Assembly (NCBI GenBank): GCA_964635715.1
Contig: CAZWNZ010000001.1
Span: 10,358-74,357 of the forward strand
Direction: 5' to 3'
From: an uncultured Gammaproteobacteria bacterium
GTDB taxonomy: Bacteria; Patescibacteriota; Microgenomatia; UBA8517
DNA: 64,000 nt
The translations under genes and the position numbers were made by a program. Each line of letters begins with the position of its first letter. Position 1 is the first letter of the stretch. A model generated the notes under the pieces. That model ran no database searches. It had not been told where the DNA came from and saw only the letters and a program-made list of their open reading frames with translations. Positions 1 to 7,346 of the stretch are shown piece after piece.

Positions 1-230
1 ATTTCCTTGCCCTCTTTTATTATTTTCTCTGAAAAGAAGTCAAGCTCAGAAATATTCTCACTTTTTTGATAGGTTGGCGAGTTTTCACCCAGTACGATAT
101 CTAAAGCGCCTATTATGTTACTCTTACCAGAATTATTTTTACCGACTATTATGTTTTTTCCTTTTTGAAAATCCAAATCTATATTTCTTATTGATCTAAA
201 ACCTGTTACTTTTAATTTTGAGAGAAACAT
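1..230 (-). CDS. P-loop ATPase N-terminal fragment (AAA_15/OLD-family-like Walker A); CDS runs off the window start
   Basis: Reverse-strand translation from ATG (rc of 228-230) gives MFLSKLKVTGFRSIRNIDLDFQKGKNIIVGKNNSGKSNIIGALDIVLGENSP..., open to position 1. Walker A GKNNSGKS. Absent from the ORF track only because it is partial. Confidence 0.45.
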   Translation of the reverse strand, partial: MFLSKLKVTGFRSIRNIDLDFQKGKNIIVGKNNSGKSNIIGALDIVLGENSPTYQKSENISELDFFSEKIIKEGKE

Positions 231-718
231 CTTGCTAATAATATTCCTAATTTTGAAAACATCAAATTTTTATTTCGGCTTCTAGTCCAAGCAATAAACT
301 GGGATCAGAAATTGGGACTCGAACAAAAAACTTTTTGGAACCAATTTATTATACCCCCATCTGAATCCGCCTATGAAACTTGCATCCCAATCTCCATTGA
401 AGTCGCCCTTGTTCCAAATAACCCACTCTGGCTTTTTTAGTCTTGTTTTTCCAAAACCCATCTGTATCCGCCCATGAAATTTACTTGTGGTTTTTAACCC
501 ACTAAATTTTTAGATTTGGATTTTTGTGAGTGAATACATTTAAGAAGTCCGAATAGTCCGACCGAGATATGAATCGACGGGAGTTTGAGGACAAAGAATG
601 AATGAACAAAAATACAACCTAATAAATTTTCGTGGGAGTCTTTTCTTTCCATATATTCTTTGGACGAGCAAAGAATATATGATGGGTATTGCAAGAATGG
701 AACAAATTTTTGTTTTGG

Positions 719-1360
719 TTAAAAACCAACAGTTGCTGTTAGCCCCAGGGGGATCTCCTGAGAATCTGATATTACGGCTCGGACGTAGAGCTTTTTCCCG
801 TCACTCAAAACTTTTGTAGTCTTTCCCTTCAATTCCATTCCCAAACTTGTTATTTTGACTTTTGCTTCCTTTTCCTCCTTGAAGCTTTTTATATCCTTCT
901 CCCCAATCTCAACTTCCACATAGTAGGAGGAGGAGTCAATTATTTTGAAAGAGGAACTGGCGGGAGTGATATTTATGCCGGGAACTACATTGCTATCATC
1001 CATCACTACTCCACCTACAGGAGAAAATAGATCACAGGAGTCCACCGCTGCTTTTGCAAGTTCCACACTTTTAACAGCAGCATTTAGCATTGCCTGTTTT
1101 TCCGTTTTCAGATATTTATCTATTGCCTCAGTTGGAGAGGGATTTTTCTGATTAAATATTTCAAAGTCCGCTCTCACCTTTTCAAAATCCGCCAGTTCTC
1201 TATCCAGTGTTGTTTGGGCAACTTTGCGGTCGAGAGAAGCCAGAAGGTTTCCTTTTCTGACTGTGTCACCGGTAAATTTTTTAACGGAAACAATTTTTCC
1301 TGAAGTTGCAAAACGAACATCAACAATACGCGCTTTTACTACTCCTTTAAAAGTAGTCAT
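719..1360 (-). CDS. HlyD-family membrane-fusion / efflux adaptor protein, apparently lacking the N-terminal TM anchor
   Basis: Split biotinyl-lipoyl hairpins (GKIVSVKKFTGDTVRKGNLLASLD ... SPVGGVVMDDSNVVPGINI) separated by a coiled-coil, followed by a beta-barrel segment. No TM helix at the N-terminus. Confidence 0.55.
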   Translation of the reverse strand: MTTFKGVVKARIVDVRFATSGKIVSVKKFTGDTVRKGNLLASLDRKVAQTTLDRELADFEKVRADFEIFNQKNPSPTEAIDKYLKTEKQAMLNAAVKSVELAKAAVDSCDLFSPVGGVVMDDSNVVPGINITPASSSFKIIDSSSYYVEVEIGEKDIKSFKEEKEAKVKITSLGMELKGKTTKVLSDGKKLYVRAVISDSQEIPLGLTATVGF

Positions 1361-1536
1361 ACATTTATATTATCATTTCTTAGAAACTGCGAGAAAACTA
1401 CTAAATCCGTATGGTACAATCGATTTGTGACAGAAGGAATAAGTCCTCGCCACCACAAAATCCTGGGGAAATAATTAAAAATAATTCCCATATCCTCAAT
1501 GTATTAATTTCTATTAAATATACGACTGTATATTTA

Positions 1537-1567
1537 TCTTTAACGATGCATTGATGTATGATAAAAG
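1537..1567. repeat. 31-bp direct repeat, 5' copy flanking TrpR-like gene 1 (contains tandem ATGCAT dyads and the gene start codons)
   Basis: tctttaacgatgcattgatgtatgataaaag, near-identical to 1992-2022. Confidence 0.8.
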
Positions 1568-1976
1568 TATGCCACAAGTTTCAAAACGGAGAATAGATCC
1601 AAAAGTTGAGAAAGAACTTCAAAATTCACTGGCCTACATAATTAAAGATTTAAAAACAAAAGATGAGGTTAACGAATTTTTATCGTCAGCTCTTACCGAC
1701 ACTGAAAGAGTGATGGTCGCAAAAAGAGTATTGACCGCATATCTTCTTGAAAATGGAGTTGAAGAAAGCCAAATTGCCCAAACTCTTAAACTAACTAATT
1801 CAACAATAACCCGTTTTAAAATGTGGATCAAATTACATAAAAGTGGCTTTGATCTAGTTTTCAAAAAACTAAAGAAAAAAGGAGTTGAAGACGTTGGGAA
1901 ACAGGTACTTTTAAAAATTCTTAAATACGCTTCGAATGCAGCATTTGGCCGCGTCCCAACACCAAAAATTCCCTAA
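1551..1976 (+). CDS. TrpR/YerC-like helix-turn-helix DNA-binding protein (paralogue 1 of 3)
   Basis: LSSALTDTERVMVAKRVLTAYLLENGVEESQIAQTLKLTNSTITR matches the Trp-repressor helix pattern (LTPxERxxxxxRxxIxxxLL...SxxTIxRGS). True start is probably the ATG at 1554 or 1569. Confidence 0.6.
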   Translation: MMYDKSMPQVSKRRIDPKVEKELQNSLAYIIKDLKTKDEVNEFLSSALTDTERVMVAKRVLTAYLLENGVEESQIAQTLKLTNSTITRFKMWIKLHKSGFDLVFKKLKKKGVEDVGKQVLLKILKYASNAAFGRVPTPKIP

Positions 1977-1991
1977 TAGTTAATTTCCACT

Positions 1992-2022
1992 TCTTTAACG
2001 ATGCATTGATGCATGATAAAAA
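1992..2022. repeat. 31-bp direct repeat, 3' copy flanking TrpR-like gene 1
   Basis: tctttaacgatgcattgatgcatgataaaaa; 29/31 match to 1537-1567. Confidence 0.8.
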
Positions 2023-2450
2023 TTAAGAGAGATCTTTGAAGCGGCCAACTTCGTAAGGAGGAAAACAAATCTCGTAAGCCACTAAGGGAGTATTGCCCGC
2101 CTGCCATTGCATTGTTTCACCAACCATTACATCGACCTTCAGTTCCACACCTTCTTCTGATTCGTAAATTTTTTCCTGCTCACCTTTTGAAACGATAAGC
2201 CTTCCATTACCTGAAATGTATCCCTCAACAGTTCTGTCTCCTTTTAATACTTTTTGTAATGGAGTTTTATAACCTGGCTGAACTCTAATAATTCCCAAAT
2301 CTTTCGTCTCGTCATCATCAAATTTATAAACATCACACTCTACACCTCTACACCTTCAGAAACATTCATTGTCTCAACGAAGGATACTTTTTGTTTTTGC
2401 CCTTCAAATTCAAACTCTGTTAGATAGATTGAATCACCAACTATTTCCAT
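2023..2450 (-). pseudogene. hypothetical ~140-aa protein split by a frameshift caused by an 8-bp tandem duplication (ctctacac x2 at 2338-2353)
   Basis: Upstream frame MEIVGDSIYLTEFEFEGQKQKVSFVETMNVSEGVEV* (from ATG rc 2448-2450). Removing one 8-bp unit joins it in frame to ...ECDVYKFDDDETKDLGIIRVQPGYK... (ORF 2023-2298). Confidence 0.45.
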
Positions 2451-2482
2451 AGTTTGTATTTTACCTCAAAACCGAAGTTTTT

Positions 2483-2770
2483 TTACTTTGAAGTTTTGGC
2501 TTTTTTCTCAGAGGTTGATTTTTTAGCCTTGAATTCAGCGTATTTTTGTTTATCTGTCTTCTTTGCATGGAATTTTCCTTTACCACGCATCAAAGGAAGT
2601 CTTTTTAAGAAACTTTTCCTCATCTTCATACCTTCAAAAAGAACTCCAATATGACCCCTGCTTTTTTGTCCTTTTTGTCCACGGCTTGAGGTGTGAGATC
2701 CTTTTCCGGATCCCATTCCACGTCCGAGTCTTTTTTTGCTTTTTGTTACAACTTTCGGTAAATTTGTCAT
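2483..2770 (-). CDS. rplO: 50S ribosomal protein L15, N-terminal domain only (C-terminal domain replaced by a Lys-rich tail)
   Basis: MTNLPKVVTKSKKRLGRGMGSGKGSHTSSRGQKGQKSRGHIGVLFEGMKMRKSFLKRLPLMRGKGKF matches the L15 N-terminus (GRGxGSGxGKTxGRGxKGQKSRSG...FEGGQMPLxRRLPKRGF). The rest is a K-rich tail. No secY downstream. Confidence 0.6.
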   Translation of the reverse strand: MTNLPKVVTKSKKRLGRGMGSGKGSHTSSRGQKGQKSRGHIGVLFEGMKMRKSFLKRLPLMRGKGKFHAKKTDKQKYAEFKAKKSTSEKKAKTSK

Positions 2771-2792
2771 GTTATTTCTCCTTCGATTTCGC

Positions 2793-3284
2793 TCAGGACT
2801 TACGTTTTGTTTCAACTATTCCTGATATTGTTTCGAGTGCTTTTAAGGTTGCGTAAACGTTAGATATTTTATTCTTTGTTCCTAAAATTTTTCCAACTGC
2901 ATCCCTAATTCCGGCAGCTTCCAAAACAACCCTCATCGGTCCCCCTGCAATAATCCCGGATCCGGGAGGTGCTGGTTTCAATAAAATCTTTGCTGCAGAA
3001 AACTTTTCATTCACCGAATAAGGAATCGTTGTCCCCACAAGGGGAACCAAAATCATATTTCTTTTTGCCGCTTCGATAGATTTTCTAATAGCATTCCTTA
3101 CATCTGTAGCTTTGGCAATTCCCACCCCCACTTTTCCTTTTCTGTCGCCAACCACAACAAGAGATGAAAATCTAATTTGATTTCCACCTTTGGTTTTCTT
3201 GGAAATACGGTTTATCTGAACCACTGTTTCCTCAAACTCTTTGGGACCTTGATCGTAATTACTGTTTCTTCTATTAAATGCCAT
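2793..3284 (-). CDS. rpsE: 30S ribosomal protein S5
   Basis: S5 signature (GRxxRFxALVVVGDxxGxVGxGxGKAxEVxxAIxKA...). spc-operon position between L18 and L15; no L30 gene in the 22-nt gap to rplO. Confidence 0.93.
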   Translation of the reverse strand: MAFNRRNSNYDQGPKEFEETVVQINRISKKTKGGNQIRFSSLVVVGDRKGKVGVGIAKATDVRNAIRKSIEAAKRNMILVPLVGTTIPYSVNEKFSAAKILLKPAPPGSGIIAGGPMRVVLEAAGIRDAVGKILGTKNKISNVYATLKALETISGIVETKRKS

Positions 3285-3307
3285 TTTATTAAATTTTAAT
3301 TCCTAAA

Positions 3308-3667
3308 TTAGAATTCCAATCCTCCTTTTCTTGCTCCTTCAGCAAGGGCTTTTACCCTTCCATGAAATCTAAAACCATTTCTATCAAAAGTGACTTTCTT
3401 TATTTTCTTAACTAATGCTTTTTTTGCCAACTCTTCACCAACTTTTTCTGCAATTTGGGTTTTGGTTTCTTTGGTTTTCCCTTTAATATGAATGTCCGAA
3501 CAGGCAACTAAAGTTTTTGCCGATAAATCATCCACCAACTGCCCATAGATGTGAGCATTTGAACGGAATACAGAAAGCCTCGGACGATCCGATGTGCCAG
3601 TAATTCTAGCACGAACCCTGGTCTTTCTTTGCATATATCTTTTAGCTTTTAATTGTAAATTTTTCAT
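3308..3667 (-). CDS. rplR: 50S ribosomal protein L18
   Basis: RPRLSVFRSNAHIYGQLVDD motif; operon position. Confidence 0.92.
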   Translation of the reverse strand: MKNLQLKAKRYMQRKTRVRARITGTSDRPRLSVFRSNAHIYGQLVDDLSAKTLVACSDIHIKGKTKETKTQIAEKVGEELAKKALVKKIKKVTFDRNGFRFHGRVKALAEGARKGGLEF

Positions 3668-3670
3668 AAT

Positions 3671-4225
3671 TTAGGCGGTTCCTCCCGTCTTCGCTGCAGC
3701 GGCTTTACCCGCTTTCCTTCTGATAATTTCGTCTATGTATTTAATTCCTTTTCCTTTATATGGTTCCGGTGGTCTGGCTGCTCTAATGCTTGCAGCCGTC
3801 TGTCCGACAACTTCTCTGTTATATCCTTCGACTGTAACTATATTTTTTTCAACTTTAAAACTGATACCCTCCGGGGCTTTAATTTTTACAGGGTGTGAAT
3901 ACCCGATTGTTAAAGACAATTCTGATCCGACAATCTCAGCTCTGAAACCGGTTCCGACCAATTCCAATTTTTTACTCCACCCCGTCGACACTCCGGTAAC
4001 ATCATTATTAATAAGCGCCCTCGTTGTTCCAAAAAGGGACATTACATATTTACTATTACCTTTAGCACTTACCTGCACTTTTCCGTCAGCCACTTCGACG
4101 CCGATTTCAGGAGCAAAATGACGTTTAATTGTTCCTTTAGGGCCCGTAATGGTAACAGAGTGACCGCTTACTTCTACGGTTACTGCTGCTGGTATTATAA
4201 CTGGTTGTCTTCCGATCTTACTCAT
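3671..4225 (-). CDS. rplF: 50S ribosomal protein L6
   Basis: MSKIGRQPVIIPAAVTVEVSGHSVTITGPKG; operon position. Confidence 0.93.
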   Translation of the reverse strand: MSKIGRQPVIIPAAVTVEVSGHSVTITGPKGTIKRHFAPEIGVEVADGKVQVSAKGNSKYVMSLFGTTRALINNDVTGVSTGWSKKLELVGTGFRAEIVGSELSLTIGYSHPVKIKAPEGISFKVEKNIVTVEGYNREVVGQTAASIRAARPPEPYKGKGIKYIDEIIRRKAGKAAAAKTGGTA

Positions 4226-4308
4226 TTTTGTTTTATTCTAAATTTGTATGAAAAGCTCCGTTTATTTTACTCATGTTTTTATTTTTTATTTATAGTGAAA
4301 CTGTCAAA

Positions 4309-4689
4309 CTACCAAATTTCCGCTATTACTTCCCCTCCCGTTCTGTCTTTTATTGCCTTCAAAGATGATGTGACTCCTTTGGGAGTTGAAACAAGATAAA
4401 CTGAAGGTCCTCTTTTCTTTTCAAGTTCTTCAGTACCCATGTAAATTCTTAGACCTGGTTTTGAAACAAGTTTAAGATTCATCAATCTTGGACTTTTGTT
4501 TTTGAATGTCAAAGTTACGGTCAAAATTCCTTTTTCGTTTTTAACTGTGTCAACAAACCCCATTTTCTTTAGAGTTTCAGCAATAGCAACAAGTTTCTTG
4601 TTAGATTTAACAGTGACTTCCCTGTTTCCCGCCATTGCAACATTTTTGATTCTTATTAAAAAGTCTCCGATTGAGTAATTAGTATTCAT
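4309..4689 (-). CDS. rpsH: 30S ribosomal protein S8
   Basis: DFLIRIKNVAMAGNREV...GGEVIAEIW S8 termini. Confidence 0.93.
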   Translation of the reverse strand: MNTNYSIGDFLIRIKNVAMAGNREVTVKSNKKLVAIAETLKKMGFVDTVKNEKGILTVTLTFKNKSPRLMNLKLVSKPGLRIYMGTEELEKKRGPSVYLVSTPKGVTSSLKAIKDRTGGEVIAEIW

Positions 4690-4707
4690 ATTAGTTTTGT
4701 TCTAAAA

Positions 4708-4893
4708 TTACCAGGATGCCTTTCTGACACCCGGAATTTCACCCTTAAGCGCATGTTCTCTAAAACACAGTCTACAGATGCCGAATTTGCGCATATAGCC
4801 ACGGCCCCTACCGCAGATTTTACATCTGTTTCTATATCGTACCTTAAATTTTAGTTTTTTTGTTTCCCGAACCTCTTTTGCTGTTGTACTCAT
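4708..4893 (-). CDS. rpsZ: 30S ribosomal protein S14 type Z (zinc-binding, 61 aa)
   Basis: [24 protein letters not shown]4 motif; 61 aa; lies between rplE and rpsH. Confidence 0.9.
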   Translation of the reverse strand: MSTTAKEVRETKKLKFKVRYRNRCKICGRGRGYMRKFGICRLCFREHALKGEIPGVRKASW

Positions 4894-5441
4894 TTTTTGT
4901 CCTCCTTGCTAAACTGCATTCCTAAAAGTTCTAATAGTTTTTTTGATTTATCAATATCTTTTGCTGTTGTAACAAACGTTACTTCCATACCATGAGGGCT
5001 CGCACTTTTTGTCGTGTCTATTTCAGGAAAAACGGTATGCTCGGCAAAACCCAGAGTATAGTTTCCCATTTTGTCAAAAGATTTTAAAGATACCCCCCTA
5101 AAATCTCTTAAACGGGGCAAAACGATCGAAAAAAGTCTGTCTAGGAAAGAATACATTCTTTCACCTCTCAAAGTTACGGAAAGCCCTACCGGCATTCCGG
5201 CACGCAAAGAAAAGCTGGCTATTGATACTTTTGCATTTCTAACCGAAGGAAATTGCCCTGTGATTGTAGCTAAATCTTTTTTGAGAGCATCCATGGCTCC
5301 CTGGTTTTTAGACAAATTACCGACTCCCATATTAACAATTACCTTCTCCATTTTTGGAACTGCAAAAGTATTGTTAACACCAAACTCTTTCACAAGAGCC
5401 TCTTTAATTTCTTTGTTATATTTTTCCTGTAATCTATTCAT
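4890..5441 (-). CDS. rplE: 50S ribosomal protein L5
   Basis: L5 family sequence ([14 protein letters not shown] ... [12 protein letters not shown]); operon position. Confidence 0.93.
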   Translation of the reverse strand: MNRLQEKYNKEIKEALVKEFGVNNTFAVPKMEKVIVNMGVGNLSKNQGAMDALKKDLATITGQFPSVRNAKVSIASFSLRAGMPVGLSVTLRGERMYSFLDRLFSIVLPRLRDFRGVSLKSFDKMGNYTLGFAEHTVFPEIDTTKSASPHGMEVTFVTTAKDIDKSKKLLELLGMQFSKEDKK

Positions 5442-5468
5442 ATTTTATTAATTCACTGACCTGGCAAT

Positions 5469-5783
5469 TTATTTACTGTCTATTTCTTTTCCGCACTTTT
5501 TACAAAAACGTACTTTTTCTTCTCCTGCAAATTTAAATCCAATTCTGGAAACTTTTTTGCATTTTGGGCAAACCAGCGCAATCTTTCCAAATCCCAAAGC
5601 TCTTGGGATATCATAAATTCCGCCTTTTACATCCCCAAAACCTTTGACATGTTTTTTGTAAAGATTAATTCCAGGAACAATAGCTTTAGAGTCGGTCGGT
5701 AATATTTTTTCAATTTTACCATCCCTTCCTTTATCTTTACCTGCTGTTATTTTTACGTTGTCTCCTACTTTAAATTTAATCAT
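5469..5783 (-). CDS. rplX: 50S ribosomal protein L24 with C-terminal CxxC...CxxC zinc-ribbon extension
   Basis: KOW motif KVGDNVKITAGKDKGRDGKI. C-terminus CPKCKKVSRIGFKFAGEEKVRFCKKCGKEI. Start taken at MIKFKVGD (ATG rc 5781-5783). Confidence 0.88.
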   Translation of the reverse strand: MIKFKVGDNVKITAGKDKGRDGKIEKILPTDSKAIVPGINLYKKHVKGFGDVKGGIYDIPRALGFGKIALVCPKCKKVSRIGFKFAGEEKVRFCKKCGKEIDSK

Positions 5784-5810
5784 ATTCTTAATAATTACCA
5801 ATACTACCAA

Positions 5811-5911
5811 TAAGTACCAATTTCAAATTTCCAATTAATTGGGTATTTGTATTTATTTGATTATTGGTGTTCATTGGTATTTTTTTACCACGTCATCGTG
5901 GCAAGCTTTGC
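5811..5911. repeat. imperfect ~95-bp palindromic intergenic element (copy I) between rplX and rplN
   Basis: Left arm attaccaatactaccaataagtaccaatttcaaatttccaat pairs with right arm attgggtatttgtatttatttgattattggtgttcattggtattttt. Homologous to the element at 7347-7441. Confidence 0.7.
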
Positions 5912-6277
5912 TTATACTACCTCTCTCGCTAATGACGCTATCTTGTTATATCCGGCTTCTTTGATTTCTCTGGCTATGGGCCCTAAAATCCTTGTCCCCC
6001 TGGGTAGTCCTTGTTTATCAATTACAACCCCTGCATTATCATCAAATCTGATATAGCTTCCGTCTTCTCTTCTGATTTCTTTATGTGTCCTGACTATCAA
6101 AACTTTTACTTTTTCGTGATTAGCCACAACTCCCGCCGGATCGGCATCTTTGACCACACCCAGAACAACATCTCCTACTGTAGCTACCTTACCGACTCTT
6201 CCGGGAATTCCGATAATCATTATCCTTTTTGCCCCGCTATTGTCTGCCGAAACCAACATTGTTCTAAGTTGTACCAT
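5912..6277 (-). CDS. rplN: 50S ribosomal protein L14
   Basis: MVQLRTMLVSADNSGAKRIMIIGIPG; operon position. Confidence 0.93.
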   Translation of the reverse strand: MVQLRTMLVSADNSGAKRIMIIGIPGRVGKVATVGDVVLGVVKDADPAGVVANHEKVKVLIVRTHKEIRREDGSYIRFDDNAGVVIDKQGLPRGTRILGPIAREIKEAGYNKIASLAREVV

Positions 6278-6296
6278 AAGTTTAGTAATCTAGATT

Positions 6297-6545
6297 CTAA
6301 CTTCTAGCCTTCCCCCTTTCTTTTACTACTTCTGTAATTTTCCACTTCTTTAATTTTGAAACCGGCTTGCAATCACGGAACTTAACCATATCCCCAATTT
6401 TTGTACCAATCTCATCATGAACCTGATATTTAGTCGACCTTGTGAACCTCTTTTTATAAAGAGGGTGAATTTTTACTCTTTCCACTGAAACAGTTGCCGT
6501 TTTGGCTTGCTTCAGTCCTATTACTTTTCCTGTAAATATTTTCAT
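6297..6545 (-). CDS. rpsQ: 30S ribosomal protein S17
   Basis: GKVIGLKQAKTATVSVERVKIHPLYKKRF; operon position. Confidence 0.92.
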   Translation of the reverse strand: MKIFTGKVIGLKQAKTATVSVERVKIHPLYKKRFTRSTKYQVHDEIGTKIGDMVKFRDCKPVSKLKKWKITEVVKERGKARS

Positions 6546-6583
6546 ATGTTTAGATGATACTAATTTTAAATCTCATACGAATG

Positions 6584-6859
6584 TCACGAATTATTTTTTT
6601 TGTCAGAATTCGCATCATTCGTGTCGTTTTTATCAGTTTTATTCGCGTCGGTCAATTTCTCAATAATCTCTTTTTCTCGGATCAAGGTTAGTATTTTAGC
6701 AATTTCGGAAGACAAATTCCTCTTCAATTTTAAATTTTTCTCTTTTCCTCCCAAAATTTTCATTTTTGCCTTTTCTTCATCATTCTTTTTGGCAATAACA
6801 ATCTTCCTTAATTCCTTAATATTTTTACCCCTTAATTCGTTATATTCTTTCTTTTTCAT
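6584..6859 (-). CDS. rpmC: 50S ribosomal protein L29 with Lys/Asn/Asp-rich C-terminal tail
   Basis: ELRGKNIKELRKIVIAKKNDEEKAKMKILGGKEKNLKLKRNLSSEIAKILT fits L29; located between rplP and rpsQ. Confidence 0.85.
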   Translation of the reverse strand: MKKKEYNELRGKNIKELRKIVIAKKNDEEKAKMKILGGKEKNLKLKRNLSSEIAKILTLIREKEIIEKLTDANKTDKNDTNDANSDKKNNS

Positions 6860-6872
6860 AATGCTTTGGCTT

Positions 6873-6909
6873 TATATAAAATTCATCTTCATGCAAACTT
6901 GTTTGCATA
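6873..6909 (-). promoter_or_regulatory. conserved palindrome (TGCAAACTTGTTTGCA) plus TATATA-box element 14 nt upstream of rpmC; copy A of 3
   Basis: tatataaaattcatcttcatgcaaacttgtttgcata; compare 35995-36033 and 44716-44752. Confidence 0.5.
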
Positions 6910-6926
6910 ATTCTTCTGACAGAATT

Positions 6927-7346
6927 TTATATATTACCCTCCTCTCTACTAACCATTTTGACATCAATTGGTAGCTTTGCAGATGCCTTTCTAAAGGCCT
7001 CCTTGATAGCTGACGCTTCAGCACCAGCCACTTCAAATAGAATTAATCCCGGTTTAACTACCGCAACATATGTTGAAATATCTCCTTTGCCTCCACCCAT
7101 TCTTTTTCCCGCAGGTCGGCTGGTTATTGGTTTGTCGGGAAAAACTCTAACCCAGACTCTACCACCTCTTTTAAGATGGTGTGTTATTGTACGCCTTGCA
7201 GCTTCTATTTGTGCAGCCGTCACCCATGCAACCTCCTGAGCTTTCAAACCATAATCTCCAAAGGAAATTGAGTTTCCGCGGGTTGCGGGACCCTTTCTTC
7301 TGCCTCTGAACTCTTTTATATATTTTCTTCTTTTTGGTTGTAACAT
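6927..7346 (-). CDS. rplP: 50S ribosomal protein L16
   Basis: MLQPKRRKYIKEFRGRRKG...GGGKG L16 family; operon position. Confidence 0.93.
   Translation of the reverse strand: MLQPKRRKYIKEFRGRRKGPATRGNSISFGDYGLKAQEVAWVTAAQIEAARRTITHHLKRGGRVWVRVFPDKPITSRPAGKRMGGGKGDISTYVAVVKPGLILFEVAGAEASAIKEAFRKASAKLPIDVKMVSREEGNI

Noticed and set aside
357-479. Two 21-bp near-identical direct repeats about 100 bp apart considered as a minimal CRISPR array
   Set aside because: There are only two copies, the units are imperfect, and no cas genes are nearby. Both lie inside a short repetitive ORF or pseudogene remnant.
2454-2856. Plus-strand ORFs 2454-2654 and 2563-2856 overlapping rplO/rpsE
   Set aside because: Antisense to ribosomal protein genes; Phe/Leu-rich nonsense translation.
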